Assembly (NCBI GenBank): GCA_043781295.1
Contig: JAYWBS010000223.1
Location: 2,270 to 66,269 of the forward strand
Direction of reading: 5' to 3'
DNA from: Polaromonas sp.
Lineage (GTDB): Bacteria > Pseudomonadota > Gammaproteobacteria > Burkholderiales > Burkholderiaceae_C
DNA length: 64,000 nt
The notes under the pieces were generated by a model. The model worked only from the letters and a program-made list of their open reading frames with translations. It did no database searches and had not been told where the DNA came from. Below are positions 29,100-39,122 of the stretch, piece by piece (the first letter of the stretch is position 1; each line of letters begins with the position of its first letter). The position numbers were made by a program, and so were the translations under genes.

Positions 29100-30824
29100 A
29101 TGGACGACATTGTTATACGTGATGGTTTTATTGTTGACGGAACCGGGCAGCCAGGTTTTTACGGCGACGTTTCCATCAAAGACGGGCGACTGCGCGAAGT
29201 AGGAGGCAAAGCAGGGCGCGGTCACCGCGAAATTAACGCCGCAGGCCGTTTGGTTACCCCTGGCTTTGTCGATATCCACACCCATTACGACGGCCAAGCG
29301 AGCTGGGATCCCTGGCTTGCCCCGTCATCGCTGCACGGCGTAACGACGGCCGTCATGGGGAACTGCGGGGTGGGCTTTGCACCTGTTCATCCCGACAAGC
29401 GTGATTGGATCATCAGTCTCATGGAAGCTGTCGAGGATATTCCCGCCGCGACCCTCCGCACAGGTATTCCCTGGGGTTGGGAGTCCTTTCCGGAGTATCT
29501 CGACAAACTCGACAGCCTGCCCAGAGCCATCGATATCGGTGCCCAGGCCACCCATGCGTCGATTCGCACCTATGTCATGGGCGAACGCGGGGCTGCAAAT
29601 GCGCCGGCCACCGCAGATGAGCTTGATCGCATGGCTGGCGTGGTCCGGGAAGCCATGCAAGCCGGTGCGCTTGGCTTTACCACCTCCCGCTCCACGCTTC
29701 AACGTACCCGTGACGGTGAACATACCCCAGGCTACGGAGTTGCTGTCGAGGAGATCATTGCCCTCGGACGCGTACTTGGAACAATGAACAAAGGCTCCAT
29801 CGGGGTCAATGTCGATTTCGACGACGTCGACAAGGAAATACATTGGCTAAGGCGCCTGCAACGCGAGTCTGGTCGGCCGATCTGGTTTCTGTTGGCTCAG
29901 CTCCCGGACAGTCCGGACAAGTACAAAACCGTATTGGAGCAGGCGGCGCGTGCGACGGCCGAAGGTGAACCCCTTTTTGCGCAGGTTTCCGGCCGTCCGG
30001 TGGGCTTCCTGTTGGGCCTTGAAAGTACCAAGCACCCCTTTGTGAGCAGGCCGAGCTACAAGACCATTGCCCATCTTCCTTTGGCTGAGCGGGTGGCCAA
30101 GTTGCGAGATCCCGATTTTCGCCGGCGGCTTCTATCGGAGGCGGTTAAACACCATGGCGTAGTCATGCGCACCATTACGGATCGCTTCGATCTGATGTTC
30201 CGCTTAGGAGAGCCGCCCAATTATGAGCCGGCGCCACAGGACAGTATCGCGGCGCTGGCATCTTTGCAGGGTCGGCCGCCGGACGAGGTCGCGCTTGATA
30301 TTTTGCTGGAGCGGGAGGGGCGCGAACTGCTCTTCATGCCCGCTGCAAATTACTCAGCCGGAGATTTTTCGGACATCCAGAAAATGCTGGCCCATCCCAA
30401 CACGATTATGGGTCTCTCGGATGCAGGCGCCCATTGTGGATTGGTTTGCGATTCGTCGATGCCGACATTCATGCTGACACATTGGGCGCGCGATCGAAAA
30501 AGAGGCCCAAAACTGCTCCTTGAGAATGTCATTCGTGCACAAACTTCCGACACGGCCTTGTTCTATGGCTTGAGAGATCGGGGAACATTGCGCCCTGGAT
30601 TGAAGGCGGATGTCAATGTGATCGATTTTGACCGGTTGCGCTTATACGCACCGGAGATGACATACGATTTGCCGGCCGCGGGACGCCGATTAATGCAACG
30701 GGTAGAAGGATACGCCGCGACGGTCGTTTCCGGAGAAGTCACGCTGGAAAATGACCAGCCGACCGGTGCCTTACCCGGAAAACTCATTCGAGGACCACAG
30801 GGTGCGGCCCTTCAGAATCTGTAA
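29100..30824 (+). CDS. N-acyl-D-amino-acid deacylase-family amidohydrolase
   Basis: PGFVDIHTHYD, GNCGVGFAP, SDAGAH, G.KADVN. Confidence 0.9.
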   Translation: MDDIVIRDGFIVDGTGQPGFYGDVSIKDGRLREVGGKAGRGHREINAAGRLVTPGFVDIHTHYDGQASWDPWLAPSSLHGVTTAVMGNCGVGFAPVHPDKRDWIISLMEAVEDIPAATLRTGIPWGWESFPEYLDKLDSLPRAIDIGAQATHASIRTYVMGERGAANAPATADELDRMAGVVREAMQAGALGFTTSRSTLQRTRDGEHTPGYGVAVEEIIALGRVLGTMNKGSIGVNVDFDDVDKEIHWLRRLQRESGRPIWFLLAQLPDSPDKYKTVLEQAARATAEGEPLFAQVSGRPVGFLLGLESTKHPFVSRPSYKTIAHLPLAERVAKLRDPDFRRRLLSEAVKHHGVVMRTITDRFDLMFRLGEPPNYEPAPQDSIAALASLQGRPPDEVALDILLEREGRELLFMPAANYSAGDFSDIQKMLAHPNTIMGLSDAGAHCGLVCDSSMPTFMLTHWARDRKRGPKLLLENVIRAQTSDTALFYGLRDRGTLRPGLKADVNVIDFDRLRLYAPEMTYDLPAAGRRLMQRVEGYAATVVSGEVTLENDQPTGALPGKLIRGPQGAALQNL

Positions 30825-30886
30825 ACGAATAGGTCGAACAGTTTTAGTTAATGGGGTGCGATTCAAAGATTAACCAAGGAGAGAAT

Positions 30887-31867
30887 ATGTTTTGCAATTA
30901 TGGAAAGATTTCCGGCGTGATTCTGTCTCTGGCGGTTTCGCTGATGGGCTCGGTTGGCTCGGCCGTTGCACAGGAGTATCCCAACAGGCCCATACGGTTT
31001 GTGGTCGCCCAGGCTTCCGGCGGAGCTGCCGATGTTATAGCGCGCATCCTGGCCCAGAAATTGAGTGAGAGCCTGGGCCAGCAGGTGATAGTTGACAACC
31101 GTGCCGGGGCCAATGGAATTATCGGTGTGGAGGCAGTGGCTAAAGCCGCACCGGATGGCTACACCATTCTTCTGGGAAGCGCTCCCAACCTCGCCGTCAA
31201 TTCAGCGCTTTACAAGAAATTACCCTACGATTCCGTATCCGATCTCGCACCCATCGCCTTGGTCGGAAAAGCTTATTACGCCGTTTTGGTCCCCGTCGCT
31301 TCGCCTGCCAATTCCCTGAAGGATTTCATTGCGCTGGCCAAGGCTAACCCGAAAAACCTTAACTATGGAGCCGGCAGCAGCGGGGCGCGTGCCAATATAG
31401 AGATATTTAGTTCCGCCGCCAAAATAGCCATGACCCACGTTCCTTACAAAAGCAACAGCCAGGCACTGATGGATATTATTGGCGGCCGGCTGGATTTGAT
31501 ATTCGAAACCACGACAACCGCCGCGCCCCAGATTAAAACAGGGAAAGTCAAGGCCTTGGCCCTTACCAGCGCCGAGCGCCTGTCCCAATATCCCGATATT
31601 CCAACCGTTTCCGAATCCGGTGTTCCGGGGTATGAATATTCGTCATGGGTATCGGTCAATGCGCCGGCCGGAATTCCGGTTGGCATACAGCAAAAACTTT
31701 CCAGTGAAATTATGAAAATTGTTGGCAAGCCGGAGGTCATCGAGCAGTTTCGTGCTTTGGGATTCGAAACGCGGTTCGGCAATCCCGAGCAATTGACCGC
31801 CTTGTTGCAGGCCGACATTGTCAGTTATAAAAAGGCTATCAAGGACGCTGACATTCCACAGGAATAA
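30887..31867 (+). CDS. Bug/TctC tripartite tricarboxylate transporter substrate-binding protein
   Basis: YP.RPI, GG.AD..AR, NRAGANG, PDGYT, HVPYK. Confidence 0.92.
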   Translation: MFCNYGKISGVILSLAVSLMGSVGSAVAQEYPNRPIRFVVAQASGGAADVIARILAQKLSESLGQQVIVDNRAGANGIIGVEAVAKAAPDGYTILLGSAPNLAVNSALYKKLPYDSVSDLAPIALVGKAYYAVLVPVASPANSLKDFIALAKANPKNLNYGAGSSGARANIEIFSSAAKIAMTHVPYKSNSQALMDIIGGRLDLIFETTTTAAPQIKTGKVKALALTSAERLSQYPDIPTVSESGVPGYEYSSWVSVNAPAGIPVGIQQKLSSEIMKIVGKPEVIEQFRALGFETRFGNPEQLTALLQADIVSYKKAIKDADIPQE

Positions 31868-31919
31868 ATGGGATCGGTGGCCCGCAATGCGGGACGGCAA
31901 CATACGCTAGCTAGAAATT

Positions 31920-32579
31920 ATGTCCACAAAGACTCGAAAAAAACCATTGCCTGTCGAATCCGATACTGCCACGCGCGAACGCATTCTGCTGGAGGCGGCA
32001 AGGCTTTTCAGGCATCGCGGATATGCCGCAACGACGCTGCGCGAAATCGCGGACGCATCGAGCATTCAGGCGGGCAGCATCTATTACCACTTCGAGTCAA
32101 AGGAAAGTATCCTCGGCGAAGTGCTGGACAAGGGTATCCAGGTGGTTTCCGATGCCGTCCGCGCAAGAGTGGAGAGTTTGCCGCCGACCGCGACAACCAG
32201 GGAGCGCCTCGGAGCGGCAATCGAAGGGCACCTGTGGGGCTTGCTGCACCATGGAGACTTCACCTCGGCCAATATCCGCATGCATGGACAAGTCCCGACA
32301 GCCGCCCGGGCCCGCCACCGTATGGTGCGCCTCGCCTACGCCGACTATTGGGACCAGCTGCTGGAGGACGCGCTCAAGCGGGGCGAACTTCGCTCCGACA
32401 GCAGTACCACAGTGATTCGCCTGTTCGTCATCGGCGCGTTGAATTGGACCGTGGAGTGGTACAACCCGCAAAAAGGATCATTCCAGGATTTCGTCAAGCA
32501 GGTCCGCGACCTCGTATTCGACGGAACTTTTCACTCACCTTTGAAGCATCAATTCCAACCAGGGAGCACGTATGACTAA
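31920..32579 (+). CDS. TetR-family regulator
   Basis: GY..TTLREIA......GSIYYHF.SKE; GALNW..EWY. Confidence 0.92.
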   Translation: MSTKTRKKPLPVESDTATRERILLEAARLFRHRGYAATTLREIADASSIQAGSIYYHFESKESILGEVLDKGIQVVSDAVRARVESLPPTATTRERLGAAIEGHLWGLLHHGDFTSANIRMHGQVPTAARARHRMVRLAYADYWDQLLEDALKRGELRSDSSTTVIRLFVIGALNWTVEWYNPQKGSFQDFVKQVRDLVFDGTFHSPLKHQFQPGSTYD

Positions 32580-33771
32580 GGGTCCGTTACATGGCGTCAG
32601 GGTACTGGACCTCGGCAACTTTCTGGCCGGTCCGTTTTGCGCGACGGTATTGGCGGAATTCGGCGCCGAGGTGATCAAGGTCGAGCAGCCAGGCGTTGGC
32701 GACCCGCTGCGCCGCTTCGGTACGATGACCGAAGCTGGCGACACCATGATATGGCTGAGCGAGTCGCGCAACAAGAAATGCGTCACCCTCGATCTCCGGA
32801 CCCCGCGCGGAAGAGAGATATGCCTCGATCTCGTGGCACGCTCCGACATCGTGGTCGAGAACTTCCGCCCCGGTGTGCTAGAGCGGTGGAATCTGGGTTA
32901 TGACCAGTTGAACGCCGTCAATCCGCGCGTGGTCATGGTACGGATCAGCGGCTACGGCCAGACCGGCCCCTATCGCCTGCGCCCGGGCTTTGCCCGTATT
33001 GCACACGCTTTCAGCGGCCTGGTACACCTGGCTGGTGAACCCGGCCGGACGCCAGTGATACCGGGCTCCACATCGCTGGCCGACTACATGGCCGGCGTGT
33101 GGGGTGCGCTGGGCGCCATGATGGCGCTGCGCGAGCGCGACACGAATGGCCGTGGCCAGTACATCGACATCGGTCTTTATGAAGCGATGTTTCGCTTTCT
33201 TGACGAGATCGCCCCAGCCTACGATGCCAATGGCTTCATTCGGGAACCCCAGGGCGCCGATACGATCAACGTCGTGCCGCATAGCCACTATGGCACGCTG
33301 GACGGCAAGTGGGTGGCGATCGCATGCACCAACGACAAGATGTTCTACCGGCTTGCGGAAGCGATGCTGGCGCCCGAGCTGGCAACCGACCCGCGCTACC
33401 GGTTGATGGCCGAGCGGCTGGCGCGCCGCGAAGAAGTCAATGGCATCGTCTCGACCTGGACGAGCCGTCTGCAGGCCAAGGAGATCGTACGCCTGTGCGA
33501 GGAGCGAAGCGTCCCCTGTAGCCTGATCTACAACATCAAGGACATTTTCGAGGACCCGCAGTATGCCGCGCGGGAAAACATGGTGCGCGTTATGGGAGGC
33601 CGCATGCCCGGATTTGTGGTGCCCAACGTCGTACCGAAACTGTCGCAAACGCCGGGCGAGGTGGCTTGGCTGGGACCCGCTCTCGGTGCTCACAACGACG
33701 AGATCTACGGAGAACTGCTGGGAATGAGCCCGCAGGACATGGCCCAGTTGCGCGCGGATCAGGTCATCTGA
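32572..33771 (+). CDS. CaiB/BaiF class III CoA-transferase
   Basis: LAGP, GAEVIKVE, RNK, ENFRPG, SGYGQTGP. Confidence 0.94.
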   Translation: MTKGPLHGVRVLDLGNFLAGPFCATVLAEFGAEVIKVEQPGVGDPLRRFGTMTEAGDTMIWLSESRNKKCVTLDLRTPRGREICLDLVARSDIVVENFRPGVLERWNLGYDQLNAVNPRVVMVRISGYGQTGPYRLRPGFARIAHAFSGLVHLAGEPGRTPVIPGSTSLADYMAGVWGALGAMMALRERDTNGRGQYIDIGLYEAMFRFLDEIAPAYDANGFIREPQGADTINVVPHSHYGTLDGKWVAIACTNDKMFYRLAEAMLAPELATDPRYRLMAERLARREEVNGIVSTWTSRLQAKEIVRLCEERSVPCSLIYNIKDIFEDPQYAARENMVRVMGGRMPGFVVPNVVPKLSQTPGEVAWLGPALGAHNDEIYGELLGMSPQDMAQLRADQVI

Positions 33772-33920
33772 CATGCCGCGTCCACCGGTCCTCAGCTGTG
33801 CCCGCGTTCCATCGCCGACCAGGTACAAAACTTACTGAGTCGTATTGAAACCTTACACGGAAAGTTCAGACTCCCCATGTCCACCACCCCTGCTCTTCTC
33901 GTCAACCAAGGACCGTTACC

Positions 33921-34724
33921 ATGAACTACGCCGACTTCCAGTTCCTCACATTCGACCACAAGCCCCATGGCGTGCTCCTGATCACCATTAACCGCCCGGA
34001 GGCGATGAACGCGACCAACGCACGGCTGCACTGGGAACTGTCCAAGGTCTGGGGCGTTGCCAACGACGATGCCAAGACCAAGGTGGTGGTCATCACCGGT
34101 GCTGGCGACAAGGCGTTCTCCGCCGGCGGCGACCTGGACATGGTCGCCGACATGATCGGCAACGCCCCGGCCATCAACAACATGATGAGCGAGGCCTCCG
34201 ACATCGTCTACAACATCATGGCCTGCGACAAGCCGGTGATCTCGGCGATCAATGGCGTGGCCGTCGGCGCCGGACTGGCGGTAGCGCTGATGGCCGACAT
34301 CAGCATCATGGCCGAGGAAGCAAGGATCACCGATGGCCATGTCAAGCTCGGCGTGGCCGCCGGTGACCACGCCGCCATCTGCTGGCCCCTGCTCTGTGGC
34401 ATGGCAAAGGCCAAGTACTACCTGATGACGGCTGACTTCGTCGTCGGCAAGGAGGCCGAGCGTATCGGCCTGGTCAGCCTGTGCGTGCCGCGCGCAGAGT
34501 TGATGGACAAGGCGATGGAAGTGGCCACCAAGCTGGCCACCGGTAGCCAGCAGGCGATCCGCTTCACCAAGCGCTCGCTCAATGGCTGGATGCATATGGC
34601 GCGGCCGATCTTCGAAAGCTCGCTGGCGATGGAGATGATGGGCTTCCTGGGCGAGGACGTTCACGAGGGCCTGGCTGCGGTGCGTGAGAAGCGCGCACCG
34701 GTGTTCCCCTCGGCCAACCGCTGA
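33921..34724 (+). CDS. enoyl-CoA hydratase/isomerase (crotonase) family
   Basis: [27 protein letters not shown]. Confidence 0.92.
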   Translation: MNYADFQFLTFDHKPHGVLLITINRPEAMNATNARLHWELSKVWGVANDDAKTKVVVITGAGDKAFSAGGDLDMVADMIGNAPAINNMMSEASDIVYNIMACDKPVISAINGVAVGAGLAVALMADISIMAEEARITDGHVKLGVAAGDHAAICWPLLCGMAKAKYYLMTADFVVGKEAERIGLVSLCVPRAELMDKAMEVATKLATGSQQAIRFTKRSLNGWMHMARPIFESSLAMEMMGFLGEDVHEGLAAVREKRAPVFPSANR

Positions 34725-34765
34725 AGACCACAGCGTCTGTCCGACCCCAGGAGCCCGGGCGGCAC

Positions 34766-35821
34766 TTATTCAGTGTGGCCTTCGCTGAAAGTCTCAAAAC
34801 ACCCATTCAGCCGGGCTATATAACGGCGCTTGGCCGATGGCTCGATAAAGCTGGCCTCAAAGCTGTTGCGCGCCAAGGTGTAGGCATGCTGCGCCTGCAA
34901 ACCCGTGGCCGCAAAGGTCTGCGTGAAGTTGTCGTTCATGTAGCCACCAAAGTAAGCCGGGTCATCTGAATTAACCGTCGCAGCCAGCCCCGCATCCAGC
35001 AACTGCCGCAGGTTGTGGCTGGCCAGATCAGGGAACACACACAGCTTGAGGTTGGACAACGGGCACACCGTGAGTGCAATGCGGTCTTTAGCCAGGCGCT
35101 GCATCAGGGCGGCGTCTTTGCTGGACTGCACGCCGTGGTCAATGCGCTCGACCTTCAGGACATCCAGCGCCGTCCACACATAAGCAGGCGGGCCTTCTTC
35201 ACCCGCATGCGCCACCAGGTGAAAGCCCAGTCCGCGGCAACGCGCAAATACACGCGCAAATTTTTCGGGCGGGTTGCCAACTTCGCCAGAATCAAGCCCT
35301 ATGCCAACGATTTTTTCCCGATACGGCAGCGCCTGTTCCAGCGTTTCAAACGCTTCTTCTTCGCTCAGGTGCCGCAAAAAGCACATGATGAGCGAGCCGT
35401 TCACGCCAAGCGCGGTATATGCATCGACGCAGGCCCGGTACAGGCCATTGATAACCACATCCATGCTCACGCCACGCGCCGTATGCGTTTGCGGGTCAAA
35501 AAACAGCTCGGCATGTACCACGTTGTCAGCCGCCGCTTTGACGAAGTAGGCGTATGCCATGTCGTAAAAATCCTGCTCTTTCAAGAGCACACTGGCCCCG
35601 GCGTAATAGATGTCCAGAAAGCTTTGCAGATTGGTAAACGCATAGGCGCTGCGCAGCTCGTCAACACTTTTGTACGGAATGGTGAGGCCGTTGCGTTGGG
35701 CCAGCGCAAAAATCAATTCAGGTTCCAGCGAGCCTTCGATATGAATGTGCAGCTCGGCCTTGGGCATGGCTCGCAGCAACTCAGGCAGGCGATCGGCGGC
35801 GATGGGTTTGATCGAGTTCAT
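34766..35821 (-). CDS. add: adenine/adenosine deaminase (ADA family)
   Basis: PKAELHIHIEGSLEP, HAGEEG, RIDHG, CPLSN, NSDDP. Confidence 0.93.
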   Translation of the reverse strand: MNSIKPIAADRLPELLRAMPKAELHIHIEGSLEPELIFALAQRNGLTIPYKSVDELRSAYAFTNLQSFLDIYYAGASVLLKEQDFYDMAYAYFVKAAADNVVHAELFFDPQTHTARGVSMDVVINGLYRACVDAYTALGVNGSLIMCFLRHLSEEEAFETLEQALPYREKIVGIGLDSGEVGNPPEKFARVFARCRGLGFHLVAHAGEEGPPAYVWTALDVLKVERIDHGVQSSKDAALMQRLAKDRIALTVCPLSNLKLCVFPDLASHNLRQLLDAGLAATVNSDDPAYFGGYMNDNFTQTFAATGLQAQHAYTLARNSFEASFIEPSAKRRYIARLNGCFETFSEGHTE

Positions 35822-35831
35822 GGTGATTCCT

Positions 35832-35862
35832 AAAATAAAAAAGGCCGCAGTAAAGCGGCCTT
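35832..35862 (-). terminator. rho-independent terminator after the BMP gene
   Basis: AAGGCCGC-tttact-GCGGCCTT followed by a U-run. Confidence 0.7.
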
Positions 35863-35880
35863 GTATAAAAAGTAAAAGTT

Positions 35881-37038
35881 TTACTTCTTGTCGCCACCAG
35901 GCACTTTACCCTCAACGCCCTTGACATAAGTTTTCAGGCCACCCAAAAACTTGTCGTCGGCCACCACGTCTTTGGCAACCAGCTCTTTGCCGGTGTTGTC
36001 CATGATCGGGCCCTTCCAGATCGCGAAGCTGCCGTCTTTCAGGCCTGCCTTGATCTCGTCAATGCGTTTTTTGGTGTCGTCAGGCACATCGGCCGCGACA
36101 GACACCATGTCAATCGCGCCTTCTTTCACGCCCCACCACGAACTGCTGCCGCCTGTCCATTTGCCTTCAAGTGCCTCGCCCACCGCCTTGACATAGTACG
36201 GGCCCCAATTGATAACCGCAGAACCCAGGTGTGCCTTGGGGCCATAGGTCGTCATGTCAGAGTCCCAGCCAAAAGCGCGCTTGCCCATTTTTTCAGCAGT
36301 TTGCAGCACGGCCGATGAGTCGGTGTTTTGCATCAGCACATCAGCGCCACCATTGATCAGGGCGGTAGCGGCTTCGGTTTCTTTGGGCGGGTTAAACCAC
36401 TCATTGACCCACACCACTTTGGTTTTGATTTTCGGGTTGACCGACTGCGCACCCAGCGTGAAGCTGTTGATGTTGCGAATCACTTCAGGAATGGGAATGG
36501 AACCCACCACACCGACCGTGCCAGTCTTGCTCATCTTGCCGGCAATCACGCCAGCCATATAAGCGCCTTCGTAGGTGCGGCTGTCGTAGGTGCGCATGTT
36601 GTCTAGAGTTTTGTAGCCGGTGGCGTGCTCGAACTTCACGCCTTTGGTGTCGGCGGCCACTTTCAGCATCGGCTCCATGTAGCCAAAGGTGGTGCCAAAA
36701 ATCATCGTGTTGCCTTGCCCGGCCATGTCGCGAATCACGCGCTCGGCATCAGCCGACTCAGGTACTTTTTCAACAAAACTGGTGATGACCTTGCCGCCGT
36801 AAGCTTTTTCAACGGCCTTGCGGGCGTTGTCGTGGGCAAAGGTCCAACCGCCGTCACCGACAGGGCCAACATAGGCAAATGCCACTTTGAGTGGCTCGGG
36901 TTTTGGCGCAGGCGCGGATGCAACAGGCGCAGGTGCTGCGACGGGTTTCGGCTCTTCTTTTTTACCGCAACCGACCAGGGCAGCAGCCACAGCAGACATC
37001 GCCGCCATCGTGAAGTAACGTTTTTGCAGGTTGGTCAT
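35881..37038 (-). CDS. BMP-family (purine/nucleoside) ABC substrate-binding lipoprotein
   Basis: lipobox LVGC; GPVGDGGW, FEHATG, IPEV.R.IN. Confidence 0.93.
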   Translation of the reverse strand: MTNLQKRYFTMAAMSAVAAALVGCGKKEEPKPVAAPAPVASAPAPKPEPLKVAFAYVGPVGDGGWTFAHDNARKAVEKAYGGKVITSFVEKVPESADAERVIRDMAGQGNTMIFGTTFGYMEPMLKVAADTKGVKFEHATGYKTLDNMRTYDSRTYEGAYMAGVIAGKMSKTGTVGVVGSIPIPEVIRNINSFTLGAQSVNPKIKTKVVWVNEWFNPPKETEAATALINGGADVLMQNTDSSAVLQTAEKMGKRAFGWDSDMTTYGPKAHLGSAVINWGPYYVKAVGEALEGKWTGGSSSWWGVKEGAIDMVSVAADVPDDTKKRIDEIKAGLKDGSFAIWKGPIMDNTGKELVAKDVVADDKFLGGLKTYVKGVEGKVPGGDKK

Positions 37039-37116
37039 GTCAAATCGCTTTCTTTTAAAGACAGGTTAATTAGGGCAGGGGCAGGTGAGAGAGAAAAACA
37101 ATTATGCAACTCAAAA

Positions 37117-38037
37117 CTATCCACCTGGATAAAACGGCTTGCCAAGCGAGCCTGGCATGTTGACGCGTATCCACAGCGGGTTGCGCGACATCAATACCAG
37201 CACAACGATGGTTGCCAGGTAAGGCAGCATGGTTAAAAACTGCGGCGGTATGTCAACCCCCAAACCTTGCAGGTGAAACTGCAGCATCGTGACGCCGCCA
37301 AACAAGTAAGCACCCAGCAAGACACGTGCCGGGCGCCAGGTGGCAAAGGTGGTCAGCGCCAGCGCGATCCAGCCTTTGCCGGCAATCATGCCTTCGACCC
37401 ACAGCGGCGTATACACCACCGACACATAGGCACCCGCCAGACCACACAAAGCCCCCCCCGCCACCACGGCAGCCAGCCGAATACGCCGTACCGGGTAACC
37501 CAGCGCGTGGGCTGATTCAGGGCTTTCACCGACGGAGCGCAGTACCAGCCCGGCGCGGGTACGGCCCAAAAACCAGATCAACCCACAGACCAGCGCCATT
37601 GCGATGTAAACCATCGGGTGCTGGCGGAACAGCGCCGGCCCCACAAACGGAATATCGGCCAAACCGGGAATGGCAAACTGCGCCTGCTCTGGCAGTTTTT
37701 CTTGCACATATCTGATGCCGACAAACGCCGAAAAGCCTGCACCAAAAAGGCTCAACGCCAGCCCAGTTGCGTACTGGTTGGTATTAAGCCAAATCACCAG
37801 TACGCCGAACACAGCCGCCAGACATGCGCCAGCGGCCATGCCTGCGGCAAAGCCCAGCCAGCTGCTGCCGGTATGCACCACGCAAGCAAAACCGGCAATC
37901 GCGGCGCACAGCATCATGCCCTCGGCACCAAGGTTCACGATGCCGGCTTTTTCATTGATCAACAGGCCGAGCGCCGCAATGGCAAGGATGGTACCCGCGC
38001 TCAAGGTAGCGGCCATCAGTAAAGCGATGGCATCCAT
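37117..38037 (-). CDS. nucleoside/purine ABC permease
   Basis: EKAGIVNLG.EG, GKGWIALA, MLPY. Confidence 0.92.
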   Translation of the reverse strand: MDAIALLMAATLSAGTILAIAALGLLINEKAGIVNLGAEGMMLCAAIAGFACVVHTGSSWLGFAAGMAAGACLAAVFGVLVIWLNTNQYATGLALSLFGAGFSAFVGIRYVQEKLPEQAQFAIPGLADIPFVGPALFRQHPMVYIAMALVCGLIWFLGRTRAGLVLRSVGESPESAHALGYPVRRIRLAAVVAGGALCGLAGAYVSVVYTPLWVEGMIAGKGWIALALTTFATWRPARVLLGAYLFGGVTMLQFHLQGLGVDIPPQFLTMLPYLATIVVLVLMSRNPLWIRVNMPGSLGKPFYPGG

Positions 38038-39122
38038 CAGTGGGCTCCCTTTGGGGTGACTACAGGCTTTAATCGCCACGTTAAGCGGTAAGCCATCAGC
38101 GTGTCGCACGCCAGCAGGTTAAACAGCAGCAGCCCCTGGAACACGCCGGTCAGCGACTTGGGCAAGCCCAGCCGGGATTGCGCGAGCTCGCCGCCGATGT
38201 AAAACATGCTCATCAGCACGCTTGAGAACACCACGCCCACCGGATGCAGCCGCCCGACAAAGGCGACGATGATGGCAGCAAAACCATAACCTGCAGGCAC
38301 ATACGTCGTGAGCTGGCCAATCGGGCCCGCCACCTCAAGCGCACCCGCCAGGCCGGCTGCGCCGCCAGAGACCAACAGTGCCACCCACACCGCACGGCTT
38401 GATGAAAATCCGGCATAGCGCGCAGCGGCCGGGGCCAGACCACTGACCTCTTGCCTGAAACCGGCAAAGGTACGAAACAAAAACAGCCACAAACCCAGCG
38501 CACCCAGCAGCGCCAGCACCACCCCGATGTTGACCCGCGAGCCTTCCATCAAACGAGGGATTTGGGTGACCGCTTCAAAGGTTTTGGTCTGCGGGAAGTT
38601 ATAGCCATTGGGGTCTTTCCACGGCCCAAACACCAGGTAGCTGAGCACCATGTCTGCAACATACACCAGCATCAGGCTGACCAGAATTTCGTTGGCGTTA
38701 AAGCTGTTCCGCAGCCACGCCGTAATACTGGCCCAGGCCATGCCGCCCAGCACACCCGCCAGCAAAATGCACGGCACGATCCACGCACCTGTGGTTTTGT
38801 TGGCGAGCAGCGCAACGCCCCCTGCAGCAACAGCCCCCATCACAAACTGCCCTTCCGCACCGATGTTCCAGACGTTGGAGCGAAAGCACACCGCCAACCC
38901 GAGCGCAATGATGAGCAGCGGCGTGGCCTTGACCATCAGCTCGCCAAGCGCATAGGGCGACTTGATGGGCTCCCAAAAAAATACTGCCAGGCCTTTCACC
39001 GGGTCTTTGCCAAGCGCCATAAACAGCAGCACGCCAATCACCACGGTGATGAGCAAAGCCAAAACAGGCGACGCACAGGTCCAGAATCGGGAAGGCTCAG
39101 GCCGCGCTTCAAGCTTGATCAT
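38037..39122 (-). CDS. nucleoside/purine ABC permease
   Basis: NIGAEGQ, NEIL.SLML, GYGF.AI.VA..GRL.P. Confidence 0.92.
   Translation of the reverse strand: MIKLEARPEPSRFWTCASPVLALLITVVIGVLLFMALGKDPVKGLAVFFWEPIKSPYALGELMVKATPLLIIALGLAVCFRSNVWNIGAEGQFVMGAVAAGGVALLANKTTGAWIVPCILLAGVLGGMAWASITAWLRNSFNANEILVSLMLVYVADMVLSYLVFGPWKDPNGYNFPQTKTFEAVTQIPRLMEGSRVNIGVVLALLGALGLWLFLFRTFAGFRQEVSGLAPAAARYAGFSSSRAVWVALLVSGGAAGLAGALEVAGPIGQLTTYVPAGYGFAAIIVAFVGRLHPVGVVFSSVLMSMFYIGGELAQSRLGLPKSLTGVFQGLLLFNLLACDTLMAYRLTWRLKPVVTPKGAH

Larger units (their letters stand above)
28831..34802. mobile_element. ~6-kb genomic island inserted in the 3' end of add, bounded by 19-bp direct repeats
   Basis: GCTGAAAGTCTCAAAACAC at 28831-28849 and 34784-34802; cargo on the opposite strand with different codon style. 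Confidence 0.8.
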
